Source of the DNA: Gammaproteobacteria bacterium
Lineage (GTDB): Bacteria > Pseudomonadota > Gammaproteobacteria > UBA4575
Reading direction: 5' to 3'
DNA length: 38,442 bases
Assembly (NCBI GenBank): GCA_028281205.1
Contig: JANQKJ010000022.1
Coordinates: 1 to 38,442, forward strand
This document shows positions 28,135 through 38,442 of this stretch, in pieces. The notes under the pieces were generated by a model. It saw only the letters and a program-made list of their open reading frames with translations, searched no databases and was not told where the DNA came from. Position 1 is the stretch's first letter, and each line of letters begins with the position of its first letter. The translations under genes were made by a program, and so were the position numbers.

Positions 28135-29320
28135 ATTAAAGCAACATACAGATAATTTAGAGTCATCGATAGCAAGTTATATCGATATACAAATGTTTTT
28201 TGCATTACTCATCCTTGTTGGTTTGGGTGTGACTATGATGACTTCAACGACTGTAGAGTTGGGCTACAAGGGCTATGAAGACGCATTTTTTTACATCAAA
28301 AAACAAATGGTATTTATGCTGCTGGGAGTACTTTGTATTTTTGCGTTGACTCGTATTCGTTTAGCCTATTGGGAGCAGCTTGGTCCATTTTTATTGGTAG
28401 TTACAGTTGCGTTGTTAGTTATGGTTCTAATTCCTGGGCTTGGACGCACAGTTAATGGAAGCAGCCGTTGGCTAGCATTAGGCCCGATTGGATTACAGGT
28501 TTCTGAATTCGCTAAAGTTGCAATGATAATTTATCTGTCGGGTTACATAGTCCGGCATGGGTCAAATGTGCATAAAGACTTTAAAGCATTTATTAACCCC
28601 ATGGCCTTGGTGGCGATTATTGCCATTTTGTTAATGCTGGAACCTGATTTTGGTTCCACAGTTGTGCTGACCGCATTAGTTTTTATGATGTTGTACTTAG
28701 GCGGTGTGCGTCTAGCGCCATTTATTTTTTCCACCGCATGCTCGATTGCAGTTATGTACTTCCTGGCAAGAACAGACCAAGAAAGGTGGTCGCGGGTAAC
28801 AACTTTTTGGAGACCGTTTGAGGATCCATTGGGTGATGGTTTTCAGTTAACTCAGGCTTTGATAGCAATAGGCAGTGGCGGTTTGTTTGGAGAAGGCCTG
28901 GGGGAAAGTATTCAGAAATTATTCTATTTACCTGAGGCTCATAATGATTTTATTTTTGCTGTGCTAGCAGAGGAGTTGGGCCTGATTGGTATCGCAATTC
29001 TACTATGTGCTTATTTAGTATTTATATGGCGTTGTTTTTGGTTGGCTGGTTACGCACAAAAACAGCAAATGACTTTTGCACAACATCTGGCATATGGGTG
29101 TGGCATTTGGTTTGCGCTACAGGCCACTATTAGTGTGGGCGTTAATATGGGTTTGTTGCCAACTAAAGGTTTGAGTTTGCCATTTCTAAGTGTGGGTGGC
29201 AGTAACTTGCTTGCCAGTTGCATAGCATTAGGTTTATTGATGCGCGTGTATATAGAGGCAAATCAACAAGGTGCGCGGCGCGTGCATAAACGTAAGCGCA
29301 AGCCGACGGGTGGCAGGTGA
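28127..29320 (+). CDS. ftsW: peptidoglycan glycosyltransferase / lipid II flippase FtsW (SEDS family)
   Basis: Polytopic SEDS protein (QPSEFAK-like VSEFAKV, LPEAHNDFIF). Start chosen at ATG 28127 (MSRLKQ...), which overlaps the murD stop by 8 nt. The ORF track's 28103 start is also possible. Confidence 0.9.
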   Translation: MSRLKQHTDNLESSIASYIDIQMFFALLILVGLGVTMMTSTTVELGYKGYEDAFFYIKKQMVFMLLGVLCIFALTRIRLAYWEQLGPFLLVVTVALLVMVLIPGLGRTVNGSSRWLALGPIGLQVSEFAKVAMIIYLSGYIVRHGSNVHKDFKAFINPMALVAIIAILLMLEPDFGSTVVLTALVFMMLYLGGVRLAPFIFSTACSIAVMYFLARTDQERWSRVTTFWRPFEDPLGDGFQLTQALIAIGSGGLFGEGLGESIQKLFYLPEAHNDFIFAVLAEELGLIGIAILLCAYLVFIWRCFWLAGYAQKQQMTFAQHLAYGCGIWFALQATISVGVNMGLLPTKGLSLPFLSVGGSNLLASCIALGLLMRVYIEANQQGARRVHKRKRKPTGGR

Positions 29321-30417
29321 TGGATATGCAACCTGTGATGATTCTTGCGGGTGGAACTGGAGGACATGTGTTTCCAGCACTGGCTGTGGCGAATGAACTT
29401 AAGCAACGTGGAGTACCCATTATATGGGTGGGGACAGAGAAAGGTATCGAAGCTCGTGTTGTTCCGGCTGCAGGAATTTCGCTTGTATTAATGCATGTGC
29501 AAGGGTTAAGAGGGAAAGGTTTGATACAGTATTTGCGTGCACCGATAATTATTGTCAAGGCGTTATTGGAAGGTTTGCGTATTGTACGCAAGTATCAGCC
29601 ATGCGCATTATTGGGTATGGGTGGTTTTGTTTCCGGACCATGTGCACTTATTGGTGTGCTGCTTAGAAAGCCATTAATTATTCATGAGCAAAATGCGGTA
29701 GTTGGTTTAACAAATCGCATACTTGCACCACTAAGCAAAATTATGTTTACGGGTTTTCCCATCCGTCATAAAAAAACTCGTTTGGAATATAGCGGCAATC
29801 CTGTACGTAGTGAGTTGATGTCTATGGCTGATCCTAAAGTACGCTTAAACCGTGCTGGTAAGCATAAGCGACTACTCATTATAGGAGGCAGCTTGGGTGC
29901 GCTTGCTTTAAATAACTTATTACCCGAAGTAATAAAAATTCTATCACAGACCATGCCTATCGATGTTTGGCATCAAACTGGAGTTAATAAACGTGAACGT
30001 GTGCTTTGGTCTTATCAACAACATGATTTGCACGTGCAGGTGGATGAGTTTATTGAGGACATGGCGAAGGCTTACGCTTGGGCGGATCTCATTGTGTGTC
30101 GCAGTGGTGCTATTACATTAGCCGAAATTGCGGCGGTTGGGCTTGGTTCAGTGTTAGTTCCGTTTCCATATGCGGTGGACGATCATCAGACTGCAAATGC
30201 ACGCAGTTATGTTGAGGCGGATGCTGCCTGCTTGTTGTCAGAATCAGAACTAACAGCAGAAAAACTGGCTATGCTACTTAAAACATTGCTTGCAGATGAC
30301 CAACGTTTAATTAGTATGGCGCAAGCTGCGAAAAAGCTTGGGCAAATTAATGCCAGTAAGCGAGTTGCTGATGCATGCATGGACGCATGCGGGTGTGTAA
30401 TGGCGGGAGCGCATTGA
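29317..30417 (+). CDS. murG: undecaprenyldiphospho-muramoylpentapeptide beta-N-acetylglucosaminyltransferase MurG
   Basis: 366 aa. GGTGGHVFPALAVA N-terminal motif. The start is ambiguous (GTG 29317, ATG 29320 or ATG 29326). Confidence 0.95.
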   Translation: MMDMQPVMILAGGTGGHVFPALAVANELKQRGVPIIWVGTEKGIEARVVPAAGISLVLMHVQGLRGKGLIQYLRAPIIIVKALLEGLRIVRKYQPCALLGMGGFVSGPCALIGVLLRKPLIIHEQNAVVGLTNRILAPLSKIMFTGFPIRHKKTRLEYSGNPVRSELMSMADPKVRLNRAGKHKRLLIIGGSLGALALNNLLPEVIKILSQTMPIDVWHQTGVNKRERVLWSYQQHDLHVQVDEFIEDMAKAYAWADLIVCRSGAITLAEIAAVGLGSVLVPFPYAVDDHQTANARSYVEADAACLLSESELTAEKLAMLLKTLLADDQRLISMAQAAKKLGQINASKRVADACMDACGCVMAGAH

Positions 30418-31847
30418 TGAATTACGTTTCTCCAACATTACCTATGCGCAAAATAAAGAATGTGTTCTTTATTGGTATAGGTGGTGTTGGAATGAGTGGT
30501 ATTGCAGAAGTGATGTTGAATTTAGATTTTAATGTATTTGGATCAGATAATCACCCTAATGCTACCACTAGCAGATTAGAGAAATTAGGTGCAACCATTT
30601 ATGAAGCTCATGATGGTGCAAATGTTGATGATATGGATGTGGTTGTAGTGTCGTCAGCGATCAATACTGATAATGTCGAAATCCAAGCAGCACTTGAAAA
30701 ACGTATTCCTATTATTCAGCGTGCAGAAATGCTCGCAGAGCTAATGAGATTTAGGCATGGTATAGCGGTTGCGGGCACACACGGTAAAACAACAACAACA
30801 AGTCTGGTGGCTACTGTAATGGCGGAAGCAGGATTGGACCCAACCTTTATTGTGGGCGGCCGTGTAAATAGCATAGGCACTAATTCGCAGCTTGGTGGCA
30901 GTGAATATCTGGTAGCAGAGGCTGATGAAAGTGATGCTTCATTTTTGCACCTTCAACCGATTGTTTCGGTGATTACTAATATTGATGCAGATCATCTATC
31001 CACATATGAAAATGATTTTGAAAAATTGAGAAATGCGTTTGTTGAATTTCTGCATAACATCCCATTTTATGGTTTGGCTGTATTGTGTATTGAAGATGAA
31101 GTTGTGCACAGCTTGATCCCGGATGTAGCCAGACCCTATGTCACCTATGGTTTTTCGCCTGAGGCTGATCTTTATGCAACGGATATCCATTATCAACATG
31201 AGAAGACAACATTTACCGTAAAAGGCAGGGGAATCAAACAAGCAACAACATTTACATTAAATCTTCCTGGTAAACATAATGTTTTGAATGCCCTGGCAAG
31301 TATTGCAGTAGGTTTGGAATTTGAAACCTCAGTAGAAAAAATTGCCCACGCACTAGAAAACTTTGCTGGCATTGGGCGTCGTATGCAACATATTGGTACA
31401 GTAAAGCTTGATGGGGGTGTTGTCGAATTTATTGACGATTATGCACACCATCCGAAAGAAATCGCAGCAACAGTCGATGGTGTCCGCCACGGTTGGTTAG
31501 GCCAACGCATTGTTGCGATATTTCAACCGCATCGTTATACCCGCACACGGGATTTATTTGACGAGTTTGTAAGTGTATTAAATGAAGTAGATGTACTGCT
31601 TCTTTTAAATGTCTATCCGGCAGGAGAACAATTTATAAATAATGCAGACAGTCGCGCATTAATACACGCGTTACGCTTGCGAGGTAATTTGGACGCTGCC
31701 CTATTGGAAGACGAGCAGGAACTAAGTGCAACACTGGCTAATATTGTTGCTCCCAATGATGTTGTTATAACCCTGGGAGCAGGCAGCATTGGAAGGCTAG
31801 CTACTAACTTGTATAAACAAGTACAAGATGAGGTTCAGTTAGCGTGA
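30417..31847 (+). CDS. murC: UDP-N-acetylmuramate--L-alanine ligase MurC
   Basis: FIGIGGVGMSGIAEV and AGTHGKTTTT motifs. Start set at ATG 30417 (MNYVSPTL...), a TGATG overlap with the murG stop. The track's 30375 start would overlap murG by 43 nt. Confidence 0.95.
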   Translation: MNYVSPTLPMRKIKNVFFIGIGGVGMSGIAEVMLNLDFNVFGSDNHPNATTSRLEKLGATIYEAHDGANVDDMDVVVVSSAINTDNVEIQAALEKRIPIIQRAEMLAELMRFRHGIAVAGTHGKTTTTSLVATVMAEAGLDPTFIVGGRVNSIGTNSQLGGSEYLVAEADESDASFLHLQPIVSVITNIDADHLSTYENDFEKLRNAFVEFLHNIPFYGLAVLCIEDEVVHSLIPDVARPYVTYGFSPEADLYATDIHYQHEKTTFTVKGRGIKQATTFTLNLPGKHNVLNALASIAVGLEFETSVEKIAHALENFAGIGRRMQHIGTVKLDGGVVEFIDDYAHHPKEIAATVDGVRHGWLGQRIVAIFQPHRYTRTRDLFDEFVSVLNEVDVLLLLNVYPAGEQFINNADSRALIHALRLRGNLDAALLEDEQELSATLANIVAPNDVVITLGAGSIGRLATNLYKQVQDEVQLA

Positions 31848-32740
31848 TGACAAGTATAAATACTCCGGAAACGCGCGGCGAACTATTGTTTGATGTTTCG
31901 CTTTCTCGATACAACACATGGGGTGTGGGTGGACACGCTGAATGTGTATTCCATCCGGCAGACTTAGAAGATTTGAGTAATTTCCTTGCGCATACAGATG
32001 TGCAAGTGCCAATAACTTGGTTAGGCCTGGGTTCGAATGTGTTAATACGTGATGGTGGTATCGATGGTGTAGTTATCATCACTCAAAGTGGATTAAAAGA
32101 GATTGATTTTGAAAAATCCACAGTTTACTCACAAGCAGGTACTGCATGCGCCAAACTTGCACGTGCCAGTGTTTCTAATGGCTTTCAGGGAATTGAATTT
32201 TTGGCTGGTATACCAGGCACGGTAGGTGGAGCATTAGCGATGAATGCCGGTGCCTTCGGTGGACAAACATGGGAGCATGTTATTCAGGTTGACACAATTA
32301 ATAGGCAAGGCGAGATCATTACTCGCCATGCTTGTGAGTTTGAATATGGTTACCGATATGTCAAAAGTTTTTATGATGAATGGTTTGTTGGTGCACGATT
32401 TGAATTGAAGGCAAAAAATTCGGATACAAACATTATCTCTATAAAGGATTTGTTGGCACAAAGAGCTGCTTCACAACCCATAGGAAAAAAGAACTGTGGC
32501 TCTGTATTTAAGAACCCAGAACATGGTTTTGCAGCTAAGTTAATCGAACAATGTGGCCTAAAAGGCTTTGCGATCGGCGGTGCATGTGTTTCACAGAAGC
32601 ATGCAAACTTTATTCTTAATGAAGCTAACGCAACCGCAAGTGACATTGAACGACTAATTACACATGTACAACAAACAGTGTACCAAAAATGTCATGTTGA
32701 GTTAATTCCAGAAGTAAAATTTCTAGGTAAGTCGTCATGA
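31844..32740 (+). CDS. murB: UDP-N-acetylenolpyruvoylglucosamine reductase MurB
   Basis: 298 aa. FAD-binding PCMH domain (LGLGSNVL, GIPGTVGGA...MNAGA) and GSVFKNP. Confidence 0.95.
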   Translation: MMTSINTPETRGELLFDVSLSRYNTWGVGGHAECVFHPADLEDLSNFLAHTDVQVPITWLGLGSNVLIRDGGIDGVVIITQSGLKEIDFEKSTVYSQAGTACAKLARASVSNGFQGIEFLAGIPGTVGGALAMNAGAFGGQTWEHVIQVDTINRQGEIITRHACEFEYGYRYVKSFYDEWFVGARFELKAKNSDTNIISIKDLLAQRAASQPIGKKNCGSVFKNPEHGFAAKLIEQCGLKGFAIGGACVSQKHANFILNEANATASDIERLITHVQQTVYQKCHVELIPEVKFLGKSS

Positions 32741-33657
32741 ATAACCTGGATGTCAGTAAATATGGAAAAGTTGCCGTGCTCATGGGAGGGGGCTCCGGCG
32801 AGCGAGAAATCTCTTTAAAAAGTGGTGCCGCAGTTCTAAATGCATTACAGGCAAGTGGCGTGAATGCGGTAGGTATAGATGTTGATGTTGATATATTTAA
32901 TAAGCTAATAGATGAGAATTTCGATCGTGTATTTATAGCGTTACATGGTTGTGGCGGTGAAGACGGGGCGATTCAAGGAGGCTTAGAAATGATAAAACTG
33001 CCATACACAGGTAGTGGCGTCATGTCTTCTGGAATATGTATGAATAAGCTAATGACAAAACAAATATGGGCGAGTGCAAATGTGCCTACTCCCGACTTTG
33101 TGTATCTAGATGATGTTACGGAATATGATGCTATTAAATCTAAACTAGGTTCTGTGTTTGTTGTTAAACCATCACAGGAAGGTTCCAGTTTGGGTATTCA
33201 TAAAATATCCAACCAACAAGAATTTGCTTATGCGGTCAATGACGCTCGGCAATTTCAAGGTCGTTTAATGGCAGAGCAGTGGATAAATGGTGAAGAGTAT
33301 ACGGTTGGTATATTAAATGGAGAAGCATTACCAGTCATTAAGTTAGAGACACCGCATGATTTTTATGACTATGAAGCTAAATATCAAGCTGATGATACAC
33401 AATATATTCTGCCCTGTGGATTAGCGGAACATCAGGAAAGAGAACTTCAGCAACAGGCATTAAAGGCATTTAATGTCACAGAAGCTTCAGGCTGGGGGCG
33501 TGTTGATGTGATGTTAGATCAACAGCAACAGCCATGGTTTCTTGAAGTTAATACAGTTCCAGGCATGACAGATCATAGTTTGGTTCCTATGGCGGCATCT
33601 CATGTAAATATTAGTTTTGATTATTTAGTTTTAAAAATTCTTGATACTGCATTTTAG
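32737..33657 (+). CDS. ddl: D-alanine--D-alanine ligase
   Basis: 306 aa. ATP-grasp fold (VKPSQEGSSLGI, EVNTVPGMT). ATGA overlap with murB. Confidence 0.95.
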   Translation: MNNLDVSKYGKVAVLMGGGSGEREISLKSGAAVLNALQASGVNAVGIDVDVDIFNKLIDENFDRVFIALHGCGGEDGAIQGGLEMIKLPYTGSGVMSSGICMNKLMTKQIWASANVPTPDFVYLDDVTEYDAIKSKLGSVFVVKPSQEGSSLGIHKISNQQEFAYAVNDARQFQGRLMAEQWINGEEYTVGILNGEALPVIKLETPHDFYDYEAKYQADDTQYILPCGLAEHQERELQQQALKAFNVTEASGWGRVDVMLDQQQQPWFLEVNTVPGMTDHSLVPMAASHVNISFDYLVLKILDTAF

Positions 33658-33668
33658 AGAAACTAGTA

Positions 33669-34409
33669 ATGGCTAATCGAAAAAAGAAAAATCATAGAAG
33701 GTCGACAAAGCAAAGTGAAACTTTGCGCATAGATTTTCGTGAGGTGGGGAAATTAATTTCAGTCGCATTAGTAGTCATCGTGGGGATGTGGGCAACTAAG
33801 CAAGTTGACGATATACCAATAAAAACTATCGAGATTCAATCCTATTTACAAAAAGTAGACAAATCTGAGATTAAAACTATTGCGCAAAATTATATGCATA
33901 GTGGATTTTTCACAGTGGATTTAACAGCATTTGAAAATCAACTAAATGATATCCCCTGGGTTTATCGAGCAACTATTAAGCGCCAATGGCCAAGTAAAGT
34001 TGTGATTAATATAGTGGAGCAACAGCCATACTTTCGCTGGGGTCAGCAACATTTAATAAATAAATATGCAGAAAAATTTTATGCAGTGAATGCTGATGAG
34101 TATTCACATTTGCCTTTGTTAGATGGCGTACAGGGAAGGGAAAGGGAAGTTATCGATTTATATTACAGATATAAGGCAGACTTTAAGCAGGTGGGTGCAG
34201 AAATTATTAGCCTCAAAGAAGATGCTCGTTACGATAAAGAAATACGGCTTGCTGATGGGATCACTATTAACTTGGGAAGAGAGCAAACAGAAAAGCAAAT
34301 ACGACGTTGTTTGCACTCTCTCGCCATGTTTACTAAAGCTGAGCGTGAGGCAATCGCGAGCATAGATTTGCGTCATAGTAATGGTTTTGCCGTGCGTTGG
34401 AATAGTTAA
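33669..34409 (+). CDS. ftsQ: cell division protein FtsQ
   Basis: 246 aa. Basic N-terminus, single TM, POTRA-like region. Conserved position between ddl and ftsA. Confidence 0.9.
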   Translation: MANRKKKNHRRSTKQSETLRIDFREVGKLISVALVVIVGMWATKQVDDIPIKTIEIQSYLQKVDKSEIKTIAQNYMHSGFFTVDLTAFENQLNDIPWVYRATIKRQWPSKVVINIVEQQPYFRWGQQHLINKYAEKFYAVNADEYSHLPLLDGVQGREREVIDLYYRYKADFKQVGAEIISLKEDARYDKEIRLADGITINLGREQTEKQIRRCLHSLAMFTKAEREAIASIDLRHSNGFAVRWNS

Positions 34410-34422
34410 TGACATGTATTAA

Positions 34423-35664
34423 GTGATTATGAGTAAAAAAACTGAAAGCGGAATGATTGTAGGTTTAGATATCGGCACCTCGAAAATCGTCGCCATAGTG
34501 GCTGAGGTAACCGAAGACAATGAACTTGAAATTATTGGCGTTGGTACCCATCCTTCGCGCGGCTTAAAGAAAGGTGTGGTAGTTAATATTGAATCAACAG
34601 TGCAATCGATTCAGCGCGCAGTTGAAGAAGCGGAGCTGATGGCGGGTTGCCAGATACATTCAGTATACGCAGGCATTGCCGGTAGTCACGTCAAGAGTAT
34701 GAACTCACACGGTATTGTGGCAATTAAAGATCGAGAGGTACAGGAGAGTGACGTTGAACGTGTGATTGATGCAGCGCGTGCATTAGCGATTCCGGCGGAT
34801 CAGAAAGTATTACATGTGTTACCACAAGAATTTATTATTGATCAGCAAGAAGGTATTCGTGAACCTATCGGAATGTCTGGTGTGCGCATGGAGGCCAAAG
34901 TACATCTGGTGACTGGTGCCGTATCAGCAGCACAAAATATTGTTAAGTGTATCGAGCGTTGTGGATTGCATGCTGACGACATCATCTTAGAGCAGTTAGC
35001 ATCAAGCTATTCAGTGTTGACTGAAGATGAAAAGGAATTGGGGATTTGCTTGGTCGATATTGGTGGAGGAACAACAGATATCGCTGTCTTTAGTGAAGGA
35101 GCCATAAAGCACACTGCAGTAATTCCTATTGCAGGTGATCAAGTCACCAACGATATTGCTATTGCTATGCGTACACCAACGCAATATGCAGAAGAAATAA
35201 AAATTAAATATGCTTGTGCATTACGTCAACTCACTAACCCGGATGAAGTGATTGAAGTGCCGAGTGTGGGTGAACGCGCACCGCGTCGTTTGGCTAGACA
35301 AACATTAGCTGAAGTGGTGGAGCCGCGTTATGAAGAATTAATGTCGTTAATACAAGCGGAATTAAGACGCAGTGGTTATGAGAATTTAATCGCTGCAGGC
35401 ATTGTATTAACTGGAGGTAGTTCAAAAATGGAAGGGGTAGTTGAGTTGGCTGAGGAAGTATTCCATATGCCGGTGCGTTTAGGTGTGCCTCAATATGTAA
35501 CTGGGTTAATTGATGTGGTGCGCAATCCAATTCATGCAACCGGGGTTGGGTTGCTGCTGTTTGGTCACATGAGTGAACAGTCGGAAGAGCATAGGAAATA
35601 TAACAATGGGGGATTATCAGCAGTATTTGGTCGAGTGAAAAATTGGGTTCAAGGTAATTTTTAA
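34423..35664 (+). CDS. ftsA: cell division protein FtsA
   Basis: 413 aa. Actin-fold phosphate motifs (VGLDIGTSK, VDIGGGTTD). GTG at 34423 or ATG at 34429 as start. Confidence 0.95.
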   Translation: MIMSKKTESGMIVGLDIGTSKIVAIVAEVTEDNELEIIGVGTHPSRGLKKGVVVNIESTVQSIQRAVEEAELMAGCQIHSVYAGIAGSHVKSMNSHGIVAIKDREVQESDVERVIDAARALAIPADQKVLHVLPQEFIIDQQEGIREPIGMSGVRMEAKVHLVTGAVSAAQNIVKCIERCGLHADDIILEQLASSYSVLTEDEKELGICLVDIGGGTTDIAVFSEGAIKHTAVIPIAGDQVTNDIAIAMRTPTQYAEEIKIKYACALRQLTNPDEVIEVPSVGERAPRRLARQTLAEVVEPRYEELMSLIQAELRRSGYENLIAAGIVLTGGSSKMEGVVELAEEVFHMPVRLGVPQYVTGLIDVVRNPIHATGVGLLLFGHMSEQSEEHRKYNNGGLSAVFGRVKNWVQGNF

Positions 35665-35708
35665 ATAGATTTTTTGATTTGAAATTGAGTGACTAGAGGA
35701 GAAGTAAC

Positions 35709-36863
35709 ATGTTTGAATTAGTAGACGCATATGGTCAAAGTGCAGTAATAAAAGTTATAGGTGTAGGTGGCGGTGGCGGTAATGCCGTGCAACACATGGT
35801 GAACGCAGAAATTGATGGTGTGGATTTCATTTGCGCCAATACCGACTCACAAGCTTTACAGCGGACTAATGCAAAAGCGACATTGCAGTTAGGCACTGAA
35901 ATTACAAAAGGCTTAGGTGCGGGTGCCAACCCTGAGATTGGTCGACAATCAGCAATTGAGGATCGTGATCGTATTCATGATGTGATTGCGGGCGCTGACA
36001 TGCTTTTCATTACTGCTGGCATGGGTGGTGGTACCGGTACTGGAGCGGCACCCATTGTTGCGGAAGTTGCAAAAGAGCTGGGTATATTGACAGTCGCTGT
36101 GGTTACTAAGCCGTTTCCTTTTGAGGGTACTAAGCGCTCACAGATTGCCAATCGTGGTATTGAAGAACTCGCAAATCAAGTAGATTCATTAATTACCATC
36201 CCAAATGAAAAGTTACTGACAGTATTGGGTGACGATACAAGCTTGCTGGAAGCATTTCGTGCAGCTAATGATGTACTGTTAGGTGCAGTTCAAGGGATTG
36301 CAGAGTTGATAACGTGTCCAGGTCTGATCAATGTCGACTTTGCTGATGTGCGCACTGTGATGTCAGAAATGGGTATGGCGATGATGGGTTCAGGTGTAGG
36401 TATTGGTGCCGAACGGGCAAGGGAAGCCGCAGAGGCAGCTATCCATAGTCCTTTATTAGAGGATGTTAATATTACCGGTGCTAGAGGTATTTTAGTCAAT
36501 ATCACTGCAGGGCCAAATATTGGCATGAATGAGATTGCTGAAGTAGGTTCGCATATAGAGGCCATAGCGTCAGAAGATGCCACTGTTGTAGTCGGTACTG
36601 CTATAGATGAGTTAATGGAAGAAAAGTTACGCGTAACATTGGTGGCCACCGGGCTTGGCAATCATATGATGGCAACAGCGCCGGCTAAGGTCGCGTTGGT
36701 GGAGTCAACCGCAACCCCGATTGAAAAAGAAGTGCCCGTTCAGGAGCTTGTACGCCCCTCTGTAGCGCGAACTGACGAAAGTGAAATAAATAATGCTAAT
36801 GATGGGTCTTACAACGAGGATTTGCTTGATATTCCTGCATTTTTACGTCGCCAGGCAGATTAA
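35709..36863 (+). CDS. ftsZ: cell division GTPase FtsZ
   Basis: 384 aa. Tubulin signature GGGTGTGA. C-terminal conserved peptide [19 protein letters not shown]. Confidence 0.97.
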   Translation: MFELVDAYGQSAVIKVIGVGGGGGNAVQHMVNAEIDGVDFICANTDSQALQRTNAKATLQLGTEITKGLGAGANPEIGRQSAIEDRDRIHDVIAGADMLFITAGMGGGTGTGAAPIVAEVAKELGILTVAVVTKPFPFEGTKRSQIANRGIEELANQVDSLITIPNEKLLTVLGDDTSLLEAFRAANDVLLGAVQGIAELITCPGLINVDFADVRTVMSEMGMAMMGSGVGIGAERAREAAEAAIHSPLLEDVNITGARGILVNITAGPNIGMNEIAEVGSHIEAIASEDATVVVGTAIDELMEEKLRVTLVATGLGNHMMATAPAKVALVESTATPIEKEVPVQELVRPSVARTDESEINNANDGSYNEDLLDIPAFLRRQAD

Positions 36864-37036
36864 TTATCTGTATATGGCGTTTAATCAAGCATGTGGGAAT
36901 TATCATTCAAGTCGATGGTCGTATATACATACAACGAATGGGGGGTAGTCAAAGTCTAGCCTCTAATTGATAATAGTTCTCAACTACGGACTATCCGTAT
37001 TGCTAGGGAGCAGCCGCTAAAATCTGGGAATTGCAC

Positions 37037-37957
37037 ATGATAAGACAAAGAACGTTAAAGAATATTATCCGCGCAAGTGGAGTTGGACTACATACCGGTG
37101 AAAAAATCCACTTAACCCTAAGGCCTGCAAAAGCAGATGCGGGTATTGTATTTCGACGTACTGACATAGAGCATGCTCCAGAGATTCAAGCCTGTATCGA
37201 TAATGTTGGAGATACCCAGCTCTCTACTACATTGGAAACAGACGGTATCAAAGTATCAACAGTAGAACATTTGTTATCAGCAGTTGCCGGGCTTGGCATA
37301 GATAACCTGATTGTTGAATTGTCTGGGCCTGAGGTTCCTATCATGGATGGTAGTGCAGGGCCTTTTGTTTTCTTGCTGCAATCCGCCGGTATCCAAGAGC
37401 AAGAACTTGCCAAGAAGTTTGTACGTATTAAAAAGACTGTACGTGTTACGGATCAGGATCGTTGGGCCGAGTTCCAACCTTATGACGGTTTTAAGGTTGC
37501 TTTTACCATTGATTTTGACCATCCAGTGTTTCAGGCAGGTCCACAATTTGCTGAAATCGATTTTTCTTCAACCTCTTTTGTAAAAGAAGTGAGCCGATCG
37601 CGGACTTTTGGTTTTTTGCGCGATTTTGAATACTTAAGAGCACAAAATTTGGCACTGGGAGGCAGTCTAGATAACGCAATTGCTGTGGATGATCAAAAAA
37701 TTCTTAATGAAGATGGTTTGCGTTATGAGGATGAGTTTGTAAAGCATAAAATTCTCGATGCAATTGGTGACTTATATTTGTTAGGCCACAGCTTGATTGG
37801 CTCTTTTAAAGGCTATAAATCGGGGCATGAGTTAAACAACATTTTGCTTAGCACGCTGCTAAATGATCATTCTGCCTGGGAGGAAGTGACATTTGAAAAG
37901 CATGCTCAGGATGTGCCGATCTTATATGCTGAAACAGCAACTGCGACAGCTGCTTAG
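37037..37957 (+). CDS. lpxC: UDP-3-O-acyl-N-acetylglucosamine deacetylase LpxC
   Basis: [23 protein letters not shown] matches the LpxC N-terminus. Zinc and catalytic residues present ([23 protein letters not shown]). ATG 37037 is preferred over the TTG 37031 in the ORF track. Confidence 0.95.
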   Translation: MIRQRTLKNIIRASGVGLHTGEKIHLTLRPAKADAGIVFRRTDIEHAPEIQACIDNVGDTQLSTTLETDGIKVSTVEHLLSAVAGLGIDNLIVELSGPEVPIMDGSAGPFVFLLQSAGIQEQELAKKFVRIKKTVRVTDQDRWAEFQPYDGFKVAFTIDFDHPVFQAGPQFAEIDFSSTSFVKEVSRSRTFGFLRDFEYLRAQNLALGGSLDNAIAVDDQKILNEDGLRYEDEFVKHKILDAIGDLYLLGHSLIGSFKGYKSGHELNNILLSTLLNDHSAWEEVTFEKHAQDVPILYAETATATAA

Positions 37958-38419
37958 TTAGGTATTAGATTTATTCAACAGATTTAACATCTGTTGGCAG
38001 TGGTGCTTAGCTTGGTTGATGACTTTATTATCTCGGTTACTCGAATTAACAATATTAGAGGGTAACTTAGTCAAATTATAGTCGATTTTTATCTTGATAC
38101 GCCTAACGGGTGTGGCCAGAGTATGACCAAATTCTTCGTTGATCTGTTTAACCAATTCATGTTGCTGGTAGCGTAAAATAGTGGCTCTTTCGGCATTATC
38201 AGTAATTAATACTAGTGTATTGCCGATAACATCGACTACCCAGCAATGATGTCTTAACTCACTGGAAAGACGGCTATGCAGGCTTGCGGTAAGGGATTGT
38301 ATATTTTGTGTCCTATTGAGCAATTTTGCTTCAATCAGGGAATGTATCGGCCTAAACTGAACGGTTCTCATGAGCGCGCGACGATCACCGCGCGCCAGTC
38401 CTGACACTGTGACCGCCAA
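37958..38419 (-). CDS. DUF721-domain protein, DciA-like (putative replicative-helicase loader family)
   Basis: 153 aa (TTG start in the track; ATG at 38371 gives MRTVQF...). The core ...LRHHCWVVDVIGNTLVLITDNAERATILRYQQHELVKQINEEFG... follows the DUF721 pattern as I remember it (target of a beta-strand 'L-x-V-x-V' followed by an 'A-x-x-L-R' helix). It is convergent with lpxC, the same position as DUF721 genes in Pseudomonas-type genomes (from memory). Confidence 0.55.
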   Translation of the reverse strand: MAVTVSGLARGDRRALMRTVQFRPIHSLIEAKLLNRTQNIQSLTASLHSRLSSELRHHCWVVDVIGNTLVLITDNAERATILRYQQHELVKQINEEFGHTLATPVRRIKIKIDYNLTKLPSNIVNSSNRDNKVINQAKHHCQQMLNLLNKSNT

Positions 38420-38442
38420 TTATACAATGCCGGGTGAGCTAA

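Noticed and set aside
29163-29591. 142-aa minus-strand ORF across the ftsW/murG junction
   Set aside because: It is antisense to two strongly supported dcw genes. No motif or RBS.
30375-30416. Upstream extension of murC (track start 30375), and similar 5' extensions of lpxC (37031 TTG) and murD (26773 GTG)
   Set aside because: The extensions add residues with no counterpart in known orthologue N-termini. In murC the extension overlaps murG by 43 nt. The downstream ATGs give canonical N-termini, so the shorter models are preferred, though the murD start remains uncertain.
36290-36661. 123-aa minus-strand ORF inside ftsZ
   Set aside because: It is antisense to the Gly/Ala/Val-rich FtsZ core, a classic long shadow ORF.

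Overview
This is an AT-rich (roughly 40% GC by eye), densely coding chromosomal segment that looks like a sulfur-oxidising gammaproteobacterium. The organism call is inferred from gene content and synteny, because no database search was possible. Four blocks are present. (1) At the left edge, a minus-strand three-gene operon encodes a TauD/TfdA-family Fe(II)/2-oxoglutarate dioxygenase, a 64-aa acidic ORF, and a Cas6/Cmx6-like RAMP protein. The Cas6-like ORF runs off the window and is missing from the supplied ORF track. No CRISPR array or other cas gene is visible anywhere in the window. (2) A complete oxidative-type dissimilatory sulfite reductase cluster, dsrABEFHCMKLJOP, spans 2124-13215. 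It contains several structured intercistronic spacers and is followed by an unassigned 76-aa tail-anchored ORF. (3) A Pseudomonas-like core block holds a GlcD-like FAD oxidase, diaA/gmhA-family, yraN and lpoA on the minus strand, then rsmI and the RNase P RNA gene rnpB on the plus strand. (4) A full dcw cell-division/cell-wall cluster runs mraZ-rsmH-ftsL-ftsI-murE-murF-mraY-murD-ftsW-murG-murC-murB-ddl-ftsQ-ftsA-ftsZ-lpxC. It has a recognisable Pmra promoter and MraZ repeat operator, and a convergent DUF721/DciA-like gene abuts lpxC. No transposase, integrase, tRNA, rRNA or CRISPR array was seen. The most unusual element is the solitary Cas6-like operon lying divergent to dsrA. The rest is largely conserved core biology with a few regulatory curiosities. 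All family assignments rest on motifs I recognise in the translations.
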